Shown: positions 1 to 13,140 of the stretch, one piece after another
How the letters are laid out: the number at the start of each line of letters is the position of its first letter
Numbering within the stretch: position 1 is the first letter of the stretch
Assembly: GCF_036321535.1 (NCBI RefSeq)
Contig: NC_087459.1
Location: forward strand, 9,300,001 to 9,364,000
Origin: Camelus dromedarius
Lineage: Eukaryota
DNA length: 64,000 nt
Reading direction: 5' to 3'
Notes under the pieces: generated by a model
The model's database searches: none
The model's input: only the letters and a program-made list of their open reading frames with translations
What the model was told of the DNA's origin: nothing
Translations under genes and position numbers: made by a program

Positions 1-200
1 CAGCGCATACCCTCAGCCCTCTGGACACAAAAACAAATGGCTGTCCTGCCCCTGGGGCCCCTAGATTAGTGTTCAGAGACTTTTACTCCCTGATAGGCAG
101 GGTCAACGCCCCTACTCAGTCTGGAAGTAGTTTCAGAAGACGGACCATCGCCCCTCTGCAACCCCAGAAGATTATGGGAGTAAAATCTCTGAGGGGAGAG
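1..200 (+). mobile_element. 3' end of ERV1-class internal region with polypurine tract
   Basis: Gammaretrovirus-like 3' motif cgcccctactcagtctggaagtagtttcagaagacggaccatcgccc; purine tract gaggggagag at 191-200 immediately before TG at 201. Confidence 0.55.
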
Positions 201-810
201 TGAGACAGGAGGGAAGGGCGCAAGGCACAGCCATTTAAGGAATGATACAGCAATTTAACACCAAAATAGTGGGAGATTCAACTCCCAGTTGGCCTTGAGG
301 TTCGAGAGGTTTGACTTCTAACAGACCTTGAGCTTCATTATGTGCTCATTGTAACAGTGTGATAAATAACATGCCCGCAGGTGCCATGACAGTCCCAAGG
401 CTAACTGCAAAAGGCCAAAGAATGGGCTGTGGCCCAATTCCTGGGAATCCCAGCCTCTTCCCCAGGGTAGTTGGAAAGGTCCCACCTGTAGGCGTGTGAA
501 ACTACTGAGCTCATAAAAACTGGCAACACCAGGCCTCGCGCCCTTTTTTCACTTCCCCCTCTTTGGAGACAGCCTGCATTGTCTGTGGAGTGTGTATCTA
601 CTTATACTTTAACCTGAGCAACCAATTCCCGTACCTCTTTCCTTGCCTTTCTCTTGCCTTACACTCCATGCAGTGTGTATCTCTCTAAATAAATCTACCT
701 TTACTCAACTGTGGCTTGCACTTGAATTCTTTCCTGGGGGAAGCCAAGGACCCACACTTGGTGGGGCACCTCTCAGGGGTTCAACCAAGACCTGGGACAC
801 AGCCCTCCTC
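201..810 (+). mobile_element. ERV1-type LTR (3' LTR)
   Basis: Begins TGAGA after the PPT; TATA-like cataaaa ~573; aataaa ~688 followed by the typical U5 text tctacctttactc...cttgaattctttcctgggggaagccaaggaccc. 3' end approximate. Confidence 0.65.
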
Positions 811-899
811 ACGCCCCACATCCATTTTCCTGCATCAGAGCCAGTGGGGCCCACAACGTTGGGTCCCAAGTCAACAGGCACCCCATGCAAATGAGACTG

Positions 900-1760
900 G
901 GATAGCATATATTACGCTAAGAGAGTGACGGCCTGGGCGGCCACAGGGAGGAACCTCCCCGCCAGCCTTGCGGATTGGCCCTTGCAGCCGCGATGTCAGG
1001 AGCCCAGAGCGCGAAACACTGGCAGGATGGCAGGGCGAGAAGCTAGGGCGGAGCCTGGCGTCCCCTCTCGCGTCCGGCCGCGCCCGTCAGCTGAGCTGCG
1101 GAGAGACAACCGGCCGCTGCCGCCTCTGCTAGCTGTCCCTGCGGAGCGCCAGCCCCGGTGGAGCCGGCCTCACTGCGCTCGGCCCTGGCGCGTCCCTAGT
1201 TTCAACCCCGACGCGGGGTCGCAGGGCCCGCGCCTGCGCAGCGCGGGAGGGGCGCGGACCGGGACCCTCGAGCCAGCGCGTGCGCGGACCGAGCACTGGG
1301 CGGGGGGTGGGCGCCGGGGTGAGCCTTTGGGGGCCGCAGCCCCACTGAGGCGGCGGCCCGGGGGCAAGAGAAGCACGGGCCGACTGCGCCCGGCTGGGCC
1401 ATGGCGTTCTTAGCCGGGCCGCGCCTGCTGGACTGGTCCAGCTCGCCGTCGCACCTGCAGTTCAACAAGTTCGTACTGACCGGCTACCGGCCCGCCAGTA
1501 GCGGCTCCGGCTGCCTGCGTAGCCTCTTCTACATGCACAACGAGCTGGGCAACATCTACACGCACGGTGAGCTGCGCCCCGCATCCCACATCTGCTGCAG
1601 CCCTGCCTGGGCCGCAGGCTGAGGAGAGCCCCAGCGCCGAGGTCCTGGGCTGCCCGGGCCCTGGCACAGCCAGGAGCCGCAGTGACAAAGCTGCCATTGT
1701 CCGGGATTGCGCTGCTTGCTTCCGCTTCCCCGGCGGGGGACCCCGTGGCAGGCGAGGGAA
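900..1760. promoter_or_regulatory. PAQR4 CpG-island promoter
   Basis: Dense CpG and GC boxes (agggcggagc, ggggcgcgg) upstream of and across the first coding exon. Confidence 0.75.
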
Positions 1761-3701
1761 GCAGAGTGGGAGACCTATTCCTCTTAATCCCTCTGAGCCC
1801 TGGACAGAAGGAGCTTGGTGTCCGGCCCCTTCGTAATCCCTGCATTCTGAGCACCCTCTTCCTCCCAACACCCGTCCCGGAGATAGGTGTTGACTTTGGC
1901 AAGAAGGGGCCCAGGAGAAGCCAGGCCCAGGCTGCCCTGCCGCCCCTGCCTGGAGCAGGCCAGGCACGGGGCTCCACCTGGTGGCAACTTCTTCCTGCCC
2001 TAGCAGGCGCCGGGCCCCTCCTCCACGCCCTGCGGAAGGTGTGGTGACACAGCCCTGCCTGTCGTTGGCGTGTCCCGTGGTGATAAAGGGATCCTGGGCG
2101 CGCTGGGCCCAGAATTGGTACCTGCCTCCTTGGGGACATGCCAGGAGTGGGCAGCCCACAGCCTCAGCCTGCTGTTAGCCTTTGACCCCTGTGAGGGCAA
2201 TGCCAGAGTGCCAGCAGGAAGGGGTACAAATGGCCCTGGAGGCCTGGGTTGGGAGAAACGGAGCTCTGGGAAAAGGTGCCTGGGGAAGAGACAAACAAGG
2301 TCCCTTTAGCCTCCTCCCCTGTCTGGCCTCACTCCTCTCTGGAACACCAATAGGCCCACAGCCTCCATTTGTCTGGTCACTTAAGGGGAGGAGAGGACAT
2401 ACGGGTTGGGAGGAGCAAGCTAAGTGGTCCTGGGTTCTGGTATCATCGCCCACATGTCTTGTTCTGAACTCAGCTTGAAGTCTCGCCTCCTGGCTCCTGC
2501 GGACACATGGAGGCCAGGTTGGGGGGTTGGAGCACCCTGCTTTCTGGGGAGGGGGCATGGCTGGGAGGGTGAGAGCAGCATGGGAGTCAGGCTGCCTGGG
2601 CTGTGTCCTCCTTCCATTGCTTACTTGCTGGGGTCACCTGGGGGCATTTCCTCACCTGTAAAGTGGGGATAAAATGGTCTCTACTTCCCAGAACTACTGT
2701 GAGCTCTGCTAAATAAAGTTACTGAAAGCCCAGGGCCTGCCAACCAACAGCCTTGCCAGGGCCTGTCTTGCTTTCATTCCTCTCATGTTATCTCTAGACT
2801 GTGGACTCATTGAGGACATGACTTGTCCTCAATGCTGAAGCTGTCTGATGGAAAACTGTCTCCCTCCCCCAGGGCTGGCCCTGCTGGGCTTCCTGGTGCT
2901 GCTGCCCATGACCATGCCCTGGGGTCAGCTGGGCAAGGATGGCTGGCTGGGGGGCACACACTGTGTGGCCTGCCTGGCACCCCCTGCTGGCTCTGTGCTC
3001 TATCACCTCTTCATGTGCCACAAAGGGGGCAGCCCTGTGTACACCCGGCTCCTTGCTCTGGATATGTGTGGGGTCTGCCTCGTCAACACTCTCGGTGAGC
3101 CAAGGGATGGGGTGGGGGTGGGAGGCTCGAAGGACGGGAGCTGGGGGTTCGGGTAAACTCACATGAGCCTTAGAAAGGGCAGGTATCGATTAAACTGAAA
3201 GGAAAAAAAAGGGGGGCAAGTGGCCCCCAGACTGATGTGCCCTCTCCTGCCTCTCTCCTCTGTGCAGGGGCCCTGCCCATCATCCACTGCACCCTGGCCT
3301 GCAGGCCCTGGCTGCGCCCAGCTGCCCTGGTAGGCTACACCGTGTTGTCGGGTGTGACTGGCTGGCGGGCCCTCACCGCCCCTTCCACTGGTGCCCGGCT
3401 CCGCGCCTTTGGCTGGCAGGCTGGTGCCCGCCTCCTGGTGTTTGGGGCCCGGGGAATGGGGCTGGGCTCGGGGGCTCCAGGCTCCCTCCTCTGCTACCTG
3501 CGCATGGATGCACTGGCACTACTCGGGGGCCTGGTGAACGTGGCCCGCCTGCCGGAGCGCTGGGGACCTGGCCGCTTCGACTACTGGGGTAACTCACACC
3601 AGATCATGCACCTGCTCAGCGTGGGCTCCATCCTCCAGCTGCATGCTGGCGTCGTGCCTGACCTGCTCTGGGCCGCCCACCACGCCTGCCCCCTGGATTG
3701 A
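1401..3701 (+). CDS. PAQR4: Progestin and adipoQ receptor family member 4; 3 coding exons, 273 aa
   Basis: Exons 1401-1566, 2873-3094, 3268-3701 (166+222+434=822 nt), all AG/GT. MAFLAGPRLLDW...HNELGNIYTHG; PERWGPGRFDYWGNSHQIMH PAQR motif. Confidence 0.97.
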
Positions 3702-4443
3702 GTCACCTCCTGCCTGCCATGCGGGCCGGCCCAGTCTTCCAGGGCCAAGAGCACCATGCTTCCCTCCTCCTGCTGCTCTGCGAGGGCCTGGCTCCCTGGA
3801 TGCTTCCAGCAAACAGGACTTCCCAACAGGGATCCCTCATCTGTTTACCCATTCTTGCCTGTGGACTAGCCTCTTCTCCTCCTCACACCTTAGATTTCCA
3901 GCTTCCTTTCTCTGGGCCTCAGTTTACCCTCTGTGAGTTGGGATCCTGCCAGCCCAGAGCCATCACCCCCCCGGCCCCTCCTGGGACCCTCAGATAAGGT
4001 ACCTCATGGGTCCCTGGCCCAGCGTCTGGCCCATGCTTCATGCCCTCTGTCTTTCGGCCAGCATACCAGCCCTCCCAGCAGCCCAAGGCTTGCCTCCCTC
4101 TTCTCCCTTCTGCCCAGAGACTGTGGAGTGAGGGGTCTGGGCAACAGGACTAGCCTCTTATCTCAGGATCGAGGGGCAGGAGGGCGGCTGCTGATGCTTT
4201 TTCCAGGCAACTGGCACAGAGACACAGAGAGCTGAGTGGCCCTGGACCCAGGCCCTGCTGAGCTAAGGGCCCACCCTCCTCTTTGACAGCTTGACCTGCC
4301 TACCAGGGACATACCTGCTCAAGAAATCTCTGCTCCACACCATGTGGGGCTCCCAGCTCCAGTCTGTGGGCCTGGGGCTGGGGGGCTTGCAGGAGAGCTC
4401 AGCCTCAACCCATCCCCAGGGGCCTCAGATCCTGGGCGATGTC

Positions 4444-4449
4444 AATAAA
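4444..4449 (+). terminator. Candidate PAQR4 polyadenylation signal
   Basis: AATAAA about 740 nt after the stop codon. Confidence 0.55.
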
Positions 4450-4511
4450 AGGGGCAGGAAGTGCTGGTTGCCATGCAAGTGAGCTGGGGTGCTCCCGAGA
4501 TTCAAATACCT

Positions 4512-4517
4512 TTTATT
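4512..4517 (-). terminator. PKMYT1 polyadenylation signal
   Basis: tttatt on + strand (AATAAA on -), about 110 nt past the stop codon. Confidence 0.65.
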
Positions 4518-4624
4518 AGACATGGCCAGGCAGAAGGGACCCACTTTCCAGAGGGACCCCAACCTCCAGGAAGATGGAGGGGAGGAGCTAAAAGGTTAAA
4601 AGTGCCGAGCTTGAGCCCACAGGC

Positions 4625-7600
4625 TCAGGCTGGGCCCAGTGAATCCTCAAACAGGCTGAGGAGGTTCCGAGGCTCAAAGGAGGGGAAGGTGCCCCGAGGG
4701 GGCTCTGAGTCAATGTCACTTAGATCCAGAGCATCCCTGGGGCAGGAGGGAGAAAAGAGAGAAGTGACTCCCAAGATCTGAGAGCTGCCCTCCCACCCCC
4801 AGGACCGTGGGTCCGCTCACCTCAGCGTGTACCTGCTCCGGGGGGCAGGGGAGCCACTGCAGGGGGTGGAGGTGCTCCCGGAGGCCCTAGCCAGGATGGC
4901 CTCTGGAGAGAGCGCGGGCCTACACAGGATGAGCAAGACCAGCAAGGTGTCGGGGGTAGGCTGGAGTGGGTAGGGAGGGCCTGGAGAGGAGGCCACAGCT
5001 GGGTGGGAGCAGCAAGACTAGCCCTGTCCCCGGGGTGGGAGGCCATGTCTCAGACAATGGAAGTGTGGTGTATTTTCAAAGAAGCACTTTGACAACTTCT
5101 AAAGTCCACCTGACCACACTCAGAGGCCCTTTTTGAAATACATGGGCTCTGCCTGAACTGGCTTTGAAATGACCTTGTAGTAAATGAAGCTTCTCTGGCA
5201 CTTCAAGTCTGCTCTGAAGTGTACCCCTGGTGATGGGGTAACATTTCATAAGGAAGGAGGTAATGGTGTAATCCCTCCTGAGAACTGTCAGCCCCTAGCG
5301 TGTGGTTTTCCTTTGCAGTAGTTTCTTAATTACAGCCTCTTGCTTGGCCACCAGGCACCTGGGACTAAGGAATTCCTCCCAGCGCAGGGCTTGCCAGGCT
5401 CTGGGGGCTTTGTCCTGGGAGAGGAAGGATAATGCCTTGTCCTTGTGTACTGGCAGCCTCTACGGGGGCGGGGGCTGCACTGCCTGCCTTTCCCAGCAGG
5501 ACCATGGCTCCCTAGCATGGCAGCGCCCCAAGTGTGAGGTTGCCAGCCCCGCTGGACTCTGTACAGCCCCCGCCCCATTCATTGAGCTGAGAAGGAACAG
5601 CTGCACCACCCCCAGCCTTGGTTCCCTTCCTGGGGTTTGACGGGGGCCAGGATTGTGGGAGGTGTCCCGCTTCACCACTAATACCCCTGGGCTTCTGGCT
5701 GGGCCTCAAGTGTGGGGTTTGGCCCCCAATGACAGCCCCCCCACAGCCGTCTGTCCCGAGCTCTCACCCACCCTGTGCTGTCATCATCCCAGTTGCTGGA
5801 GAGGCTGCTGTCCAGGAGGAGGCTGCAGCGTGGCGAGCCAGGCGGGGTGGCCGGCGGACCAGGGGGCTGCAGCCAGCTGGAAGGGTGAGCCAGCCCATGC
5901 CAGAGCCAGCACAGCAGGGCCAGCAGGGCCTGTGGGGACAGGGGCATGAGGGAGGCTGGGCAGACCCTGGGGCCAGACAGCAGAGCAGGACTGCCCATCC
6001 CCTTCACCAGCCTACCTGCCACAGGGCCCACCCTCGACTGAGGGCTTCGGCAGCCATGTACCACAGGACGCTCCAGGGCCGCGGCTGCCTGAGCATGGGC
6101 AGGGCCAACAGGGCCTCGGCCGTGGCCCGCAGCTTGGGGTCAGGTTCCAGCATCATGGTGAGGACAGAACGCAGCTCAGAAGACAGGCCTATCCATGGAG
6201 CAGGGCCACATTAGGAGTGACAGGCCCTCGAGCCCCATGGTTCCCCACTGGCAGCCATTCTCTACAATGTGTCCCCCACTCACCAGCAGTGAACTCCGGG
6301 GGCAGGTAGCCCTGGCGCAGCTGCTGCCAGCCCTCCCCGCCATGCGGCAGCTCCATGTTGCATGCCACTTCCAAGATGGTGAGGCCCAGACTGGGAGGCA
6401 CAGGGACAGAGAAGGGTACGGTTGGCCTTGAGACATAGAATCCAGAGCCCTAGGCTGCCCCCAGGAAGAGAGTGGGAAAGGGCTTCTGTCTTCTGCCATG
6501 AGCCGGTGAGGTGGGGAAGCGGGGGCTGGGGGCCCTGAGAAGGTCTCTTCAGGGCTAAGGACAGGGACCACATCATGGAGCATGGACCACTGTAGTGAGT
6601 CCTCCTAGCACCCTCATCACCACCACCACCACCACCACAGGACTGGCACTCTGGTGGCTGTGGTTAACAGTGATGCTCTCATCATTCATTCTGTTGACAT
6701 GATTGGATACATTCGAGGCAGAGCAGTGGTTACCAGAGTAGACTGTGGAACCCAGCGCCTGGTCCAGTCCCAGCTTCACCACCTGCTAGCTGTGGACTTG
6801 GGGAAAGTCTCTTAATCTGCTGTGCCCATTCCTTGTCAATGAAGTAATAATAGTCCCTCCCATGGAGGTGTGGTAAGGACATGGGTGAATCCCATAAACT
6901 GGTTCCAGAGGGTTCATTGCTTAGACAGCCTAACCCTTCAGAGCCCCCTAGACTAGGGGGCGGGACCTTGACCCCCTTGGGGATGTGTCTCCTGTCCTGA
7001 GGCCAGGTCTTCATGCCTTGGGGCTAGGATGGTGTTCACCCTGCTGACCACACCCCCAGCCACCAGGGCAGGCCTCCCACATCCCCACCCTTACCTGAAC
7101 ACGTCGGCCGCTGTCCCATAAGAGCCTTGAAGCAGCTCAGGGGCCATGTAGCGGGGGTCTCCTTCCTGGGCCTCGCTAGCTTCGGATGCACCCAACTCCA
7201 CCAGCAGCCCAAAGTCACCCAGCTTGCAGCGGCCCCGGGGCCCCAGGAAGATGTTGGCGGGCTTGACATCAAGGTGGACCAGGCCCTGGCCATGTAGGTG
7301 GGCCAGGGCGAGCAGGGTGTCCCGCAGGTAACCCCAGACCTGGGCCTCAGGCAGGCCGGCCCCCCAGGCCTCACAGTGCTGCTGCAGGCTGGGCCCGCAC
7401 AGCTCTGTCTGCAGGTACAGGAGGCCGCCCTCCTCCCAGGCTTGCTCCAGCCGCACGCAGCGCGGGTGCTGCCCCACCTTCTCATGGCCGCCAACCTCAG
7501 CCAGCTTGCGGGCCCGGTCCTTGTGGCCCCGGAATGGTGACATGGAACGCTTCACTGCATAGAGCCGGCCATCCTCCTTGGAGCGCACCTGGAAGGGAAG

Positions 7601-8829
7601 GGGCACAACCATTTAGGAGGACAGTCTGGCAGATTCAGTCTGGCAGTGTGGCGTCTGCCCTAGAGAGACCCCTGTGAGTGCAAGAGCGAAGCTGGACAAA
7701 CCTCCACCCCAGGTGCTGGTTTGCTGGAGCCTGAGAGAGGGCGAACCTCTAAGTACTGACTTGGGAAGGTGGCTAGGATGCATTAAGTGAAAAAAGCTGG
7801 CTACAGAACAATACAGGCCATCTGATCTGCTGAGTAGCATATAAAATGGGTTCTTCTCTACATGGTCAACTCCAGAGATGTACGGAGAAAGGTCCGGAAG
7901 GACGAACCACCTGAGAATCACCATGGTTTTCTCCAGGAAGGAGAGCTGATCTAGGGGCCTGTTTGTACTTTTTAACAACAGAATTGTCTTCATAGAATCC
8001 TTGTGTAAGGAAAATGACCGTTTTAAAGAAAACATACATGATTGGAAAATATATTTTAAGAAACAAAAGGTGGCATGGAGGGCGTCGCCTGAGCGCTCGC
8101 TGGCTGGGGGCGGTGGCGGCGGGTGTGTGCCTGCACTGGGAGGGGCGTTGGCTCGGGGTGGGCAGAGCTCGCCAAAAACCCCAGCGTGGCTGGCACGGGG
8201 CGGGAGGAGATGGCAGCCCGGAGCAACCACAAGGCGTGCCAGGCTCTGGACAAAGGGAGAGTGTGTCCTGAGGGGGCCTCAGAGGGGCCTGTGGAGGGAG
8301 TGGTATGAGAAAGCAGCCAAATCAAGCACTAAGGGGAGCCTGTCAGCCCACGAGAGGAGGGCTTGCAGGGGAGGGGAGGGAAACAGGCTGCTCAAGACAC
8401 TAGCCCATCCCGGCCAGGGAAATGGGGGTGAGGAGGGGGGACCCCCAGACAGGTGTGGGGAGCTGTTACCTGACTCACCTTGAAGACCTCTCCGTAAGAG
8501 CCATGGCCCAAGCGGCCAAGCCTGTGGAAACTCTGCTGGAAGAAGGACTCTGGCCGGCTCGGGTCATACACGGGGCTCTGCAGGGGCTCGGAGGTTTTCC
8601 CTCGGAAGGACACCCGCCGGGGCTGGGGCTGGTGCCAGCCCGGGGTCCGAGGAGGGAAGAGGCGGCTGACAGGGATGCTACCCTTGGCGGGGGGCCGGGG
8701 CGGGAGGCTCCGACTGAGCCCCCCAGGCCTCTTGAGGGAGAAGCCAGGTTCTGCATGGCGGAAGTAGGCTGGGACTGGGACCGGGGTGCCACTCAGGGGT
8801 GGCGGGGTGCCCTCTGTGGGCACAGGCAT
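4625..8829 (-). CDS. PKMYT1: Membrane-associated Tyr/Thr cdc2-inhibitory kinase Myt1; 7 coding exons, 497 aa from ATG 8829
   Basis: Exons 8829-8479 (acceptor at 8846), 7588-7095, 6390-6284, 6188-6016, 5929-5772, 4919-4821, 4736-4625; total 1494 nt in frame. Kinase motifs [31 protein letters not shown]; C-terminal RNLLSLFED. Confidence 0.96.
6617..6637 (+). repeat. (CAC)n microsatellite
   Basis: caccaccaccaccaccac run in a PKMYT1 intron. Confidence 0.7.
6710..6910 (+). mobile_element. MIR SINE remnant
   Basis: MIR core-like ccagcttcaccacctgctagctgtggacttggggaaagtctcttaatct...aataatagt. Confidence 0.55.
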
Positions 8830-9214
8830 GTCCAGCACAGGAGCCCCTGAGGGGCAGAGTACAGAACAGTATGTCACTCAAACAGCACCTGGTCCTGTGG
8901 CCCCAAAGAGGCTGCAGAAGAGAGCCACGCCTACTCCAGACCCACGCTCTGCTTTAGACATGGAGGCCGTGGGCCCACCAGTACCTGTGGGGAAAAGGTA
9001 TACAAATGTCTGCTTGCCTGCACCCAGTCGCCTGCACCTTGGAGGTTAGAGAAACATAAACTGGAAACCACAGGGTCATGTCCTGGAGGCCCCCATGGTC
9101 CAGCAGAGGTTAAAGCAAGGCAAATTCTGGAGCCAGACCACCTGTGTACGCATCCCAGACCTTGCTAGGCCTTAAAATATGCAACCTCTTCCAAGACTGT
9201 CTGGTGGAAATATT

Positions 9215-9325
9215 AACATAGGCTCACTATCCCTTATCTCCAGTTTAAAATTTTAAAATTCTGAATTCCAAAAGTTTCTTTCTTGCTTTCTTTTTCCATA
9301 GTTTAGACTAAAACTCATTTAGTGG
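9215..9325 (+). mobile_element. 5' half of a MER96-like non-autonomous DNA transposon
   Basis: aggctcactatcccttatct...attctgaattccaaaagttt; matching 3' half at 13140-13345. Family named from recalled consensus. Confidence 0.45.
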
Positions 9326-12300
9326 AGTTCCACTTCCAGCTCCATAGTGTAGAGGCTAAATCCCAGCTGAGTGTAGCAGAGAGGCTGGTTTCCCTCCTTT
9401 CACCAGCTCCTACTCCTAGGGCAGAAGTTCTAACTCAGCTCCAGCAGGCTGGCAATACTAGAGCCCAACTGCTAAAGTCCCAGCTCATTCCTAAGGAGAA
9501 GGCTCCACACTGGGAGAGGCAAGCCAGCAAGGCCAGAGGCTACTGCCTTCTTTATAAGGCAGCAGTGACATTCAGAGACAGGTGCCACTATCCTTGCCCC
9601 CAGCTCCAGAGTTGTGGCTCAGAGACTCTGCCCAGGGGAGAGGTAGGTCATAAAACAGAGAGCACCAAAGCTCTCTCTGCAAAAAAACTGACTTTATTAG
9701 AAGCACAGTGTGCTCATGCAACCTAATAACAAAAAAACAAGCCACCCAATCCAAAAATGGGCAGAAGACCTAAACAAGNNNNNNNNNNNNNNNNNNNNNN
9801 NNNNNNNNNNNNNNNNNNNNNNNNNNNNNNNNNNNNNNNNNNNNNNNNNNNNNNNNNNNNNNNNNNNNNNNNNNNNNNNNNNNNNNNNNNNNNNNNNNNN
9901 NNNNNNNNNNNNNNNNNNCCACAAACNNNNNNNNNNNNNNNNNNNNNNNNNNNNNNNNNNNNNNNNNNNNNNNNNNNNNNNNNNNNNNNNNNNNNNNNNN
10001 NNNNNNNNNNNNNNNNNNNNNNNNNNNNNNNNNNNNNNNNNNNNNNNNNNNNNNNNNNNNNNNNNNNNNNNNNNNNNNNNNNNNNNNNNNNNNAAACTTA
10101 ATTGAAAAAGATACATGTGTCCCAATGTGCACAGCAGCAGCATTTACAATAGCCAAGACACGGAAACAACCTAAATGTCTATCGACAGATGATTGGATAA
10201 AGAAGTTGTGGTATATTTATACAATGGAATAATACTCAGCAATAAAAAATTAATAAAATAATGCCATTTGCAGCAACATGGATGGACCTAGAGAATGTCA
10301 TTCTAAGTGAAGTAAGCTAGAAAGAGAAAGAAAAATACTATATGATATCACTTATATGTGGAATCTTAAAAAAAAAAAAGACAGACAAACTTATTTACAA
10401 AACAGAAACAGACTCATGGACATAGAAAACAAACTTATGGTTACCAGTGGGGGAAGGGGGTGGGAAGGGATAAATTGAGAGTTGGATATTTGCAGATACT
10501 AACTAATATATATAAAATAGATAAACAAGTTTATGCTATATAGCACAGGGGACTATATTCAATATCTTATAGTAACATGATTAAAAAGAATATGAAAATG
10601 AATATATGTATATTCCTATATGACTGAAATATTCTGCTGTACACCAGAAATTGATACAACATTGTAAACTAACTATACTTCAATAAATATATACTGAAAA
10701 AAAAAAAAAGAAAAGAACAGAAGCACATTTTGGGAAGTTCAAGCCTAAAGGCACTCTCAAAATCAATGGAGGTTTTGGTAGTAAGCAAATAGGAGGCTAG
10801 GACCTTCATTAGTGCTACAAGCTGAACCATAGGCCAGCTAGTTTACCAGAGACAAATGGGGAAAGAGATAGCTAAGAAGGGCTTTCCTGGGGTCAGAACA
10901 AACCTTAAACACTGAACTCAAAAGCTACCCCTTTAAAGCCCAAATTTGACTGGATCAATCCATGGAACAATTGATGTTCCAGGGTATTGTCAAAAATATT
11001 AGAGCAACCAGCCAGCAATAAGTGGAGCCTAACAGCTAGGTATGATTGGAGAAAAGACAAAGAGAGCCCCCACCCACCCTAAAACCACTGGCGTCCCAGG
11101 GTGGCTGTATACATGCCCAAGGCTGGGCCCTCTGAGGAGCAAAGCCAAAGGCTTCACACTGCAGGGAAAAGAGACAGCACTACAATGGTCCAGCCAGGCA
11201 CCAAACAAACAAGCAAACAACAATCCCAAGCCCTCGGGGGTGGAGTGAGGAACCAGTATCTGCAATTGCTACAACATATTATCTAAAATGTCCATTTTTC
11301 AACAACAACAGGAAATTACAAGATAGGCAAAGACACAGGAAAGGGTGACCCACACACAGGGAATAAAACAGGCAGCAGAAACTGCCTGTAGGAAAGACCA
11401 GATGTCAGATTTAACAGACAAAGATTTCAAACTAGCCTCTATAAATACGTTCAAAGAACTAAAGGCAACTACACTTGAAGAAGTAAAGGAAACACGATGA
11501 CAACATCTCACCAAATAGAGTATCAATAATGAGATAGAAATTACAAAAGAACCAAATGCAGAGTTGGAAAGTGCAATAACTGAAATGAAAAAAAAAAAAT
11601 TCACTGGAGGTGTTCAACAGTAGATTTGAATTGGCAGAAGAAATAATTAGTGAACTTGAAGATAGATTGATAAAGAGTATCCAACCTGAAGAATAGATGA
11701 AGAAAAGGAAACCAAGCCTCAGAGAAATGTAGGACAGCATTAAGTGAACCAGTGTATGCATGATAGGTACATTAGAAGAGAAGAGAAGGAGCAGGGAAAA
11801 TATGGATTAAAACTTCCGAAATGTGATTTAAAAAATAATAATAATATAGCTAAAAAGCTCAATGAACTTCAAGTAATATAAACGTAGAGATCCACACACA
11901 GACACACCACATTTAAAGTGCTGAAAGCCAAAAGCAAGGGGAAAATCTTGAAAGCAGCAACAGAAAAACAACTCATCACTTGGAACCATAAAATTAACAG
12001 CTGACTTCTCAAAAGAAGTAATGGAGGTCAGAACGAAGTGGAATGACATATTCAAGCATTAGGGGTGAAATTTTGTCAACTAAGAATCCTACATCCTACA
12101 AAACTATCTTCCGAATATAAAGGCAAAAAAGAGGTATTCCCAGATAAACAAAACAGAAATAATTCATTGTTAGGAGACCTGCTTTACAAGAAAAACTAAG
12201 GAAGTTCTTCAGGCTGAAAGCATGTGATCCCCAACAGTAATTCAGATCCACATAAAAAAAAGAGAGCCCCAATAAAGGCAATGATGTTGTATATGTAGTT

Positions 12301-13140
12301 TAAAAGACCGTACAAATTCATTATTTTTTCTCCTTTCTTCTTTTAGCTGATTTAAAAGCAAATTTATAAAACTATGTAATTGTATTGTTGGCATGTAATA
12401 TATGGAAATGTAATATACTTGCAAATAACAGCACAAAGAAGGTGTGTGGGAACAATACTAGAGAATGATACCACATAGTAACTCAAACCCACAGGAACAA
12501 GTGGAGAGAACCAGAAGAGGTAAATAAGGAGGTGAACATAATAAAAAAAATTAAAAAATTTTAAAATGAAAAACACTAAAAGAAAAAGTAGAAAAAGAAT
12601 AAATAAAGGTCAATGTAGCAAACGTTATACACATACACTTGCTTTTCTTTCTTCCCTTAGCTTCTTTAAGAAATTAAAGATGACCTAAATAAATGGAAAG
12701 ACATTATGGTTCATAGATCCAAAGACAATATAGATAAAACGGCAACACTGTCCAATTGATTAATTGGTCTACAGATTCAGCACAATCCCTATCAAAATCC
12801 TAGAGAACTTCTTTGCAGAAATTGACAAACTGGTCCTAAAAATCANNNNNNNNNNNNNNNNNNNNNNNNNNNNNNNNNNNNNNNNNNNNNNNNNNNNNNN
12901 NNNNNNNNNNNNNNNNNNNNNNNNNNNNNNNNNNNNNNNNNNNNNNNNNNNNNNNNNNNNNNNNNNNNNNNNNNNCATGNNNNNNNNNNNNNNNNNNNNN
13001 NNNNNNNNNNNNNNNNNNNNNNNNNNNNNNNNNNNNNNNNNNNNNNNNNNNNNNNNNNNNNNNNNNNNNNNNNNNNNNNNNNNNNNNNNNNNNNNNNNNN
13101 NNNNNNNNNNNNNGCAACTAGATATCCACATGCAAAATGT
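9325..13140 (+). mobile_element. Old degraded L1M (5' region, ORF1 remnant ~11250-12250, ORF2 fragment ~12670-13140), interrupted by a younger L1
   Basis: A-rich L1 text: cagatgtcagatttaacagacaaagatttcaaa, aagggaaaatcttgaaagcagca, aaatggaaagacat, tacagattcagcacaatccctatcaaaatcc; many stop codons. Confidence 0.7.
9708..10718 (+). mobile_element. Young 5'-truncated L1 (ORF2 end, 3'UTR, poly-A) with 9-bp TSD
   Basis: ccaaaaatgggcagaagacctaaac, gcagcaacatggatggacctagag, caataaa plus A-tail ~10696-10709; TSD AGAAGCACA at 9699-9707 and 10719-10727. Confidence 0.85.

Noticed and set aside
9779-13113. N runs (9779-9918, 9927-10094, 12846-12975, 12980-13113) with tiny sequence islands
   Set aside because: All lie within L1 ORF2 and roughly match the missing L1 length; masking or assembly artefact, and the X-rich ORFs are meaningless.
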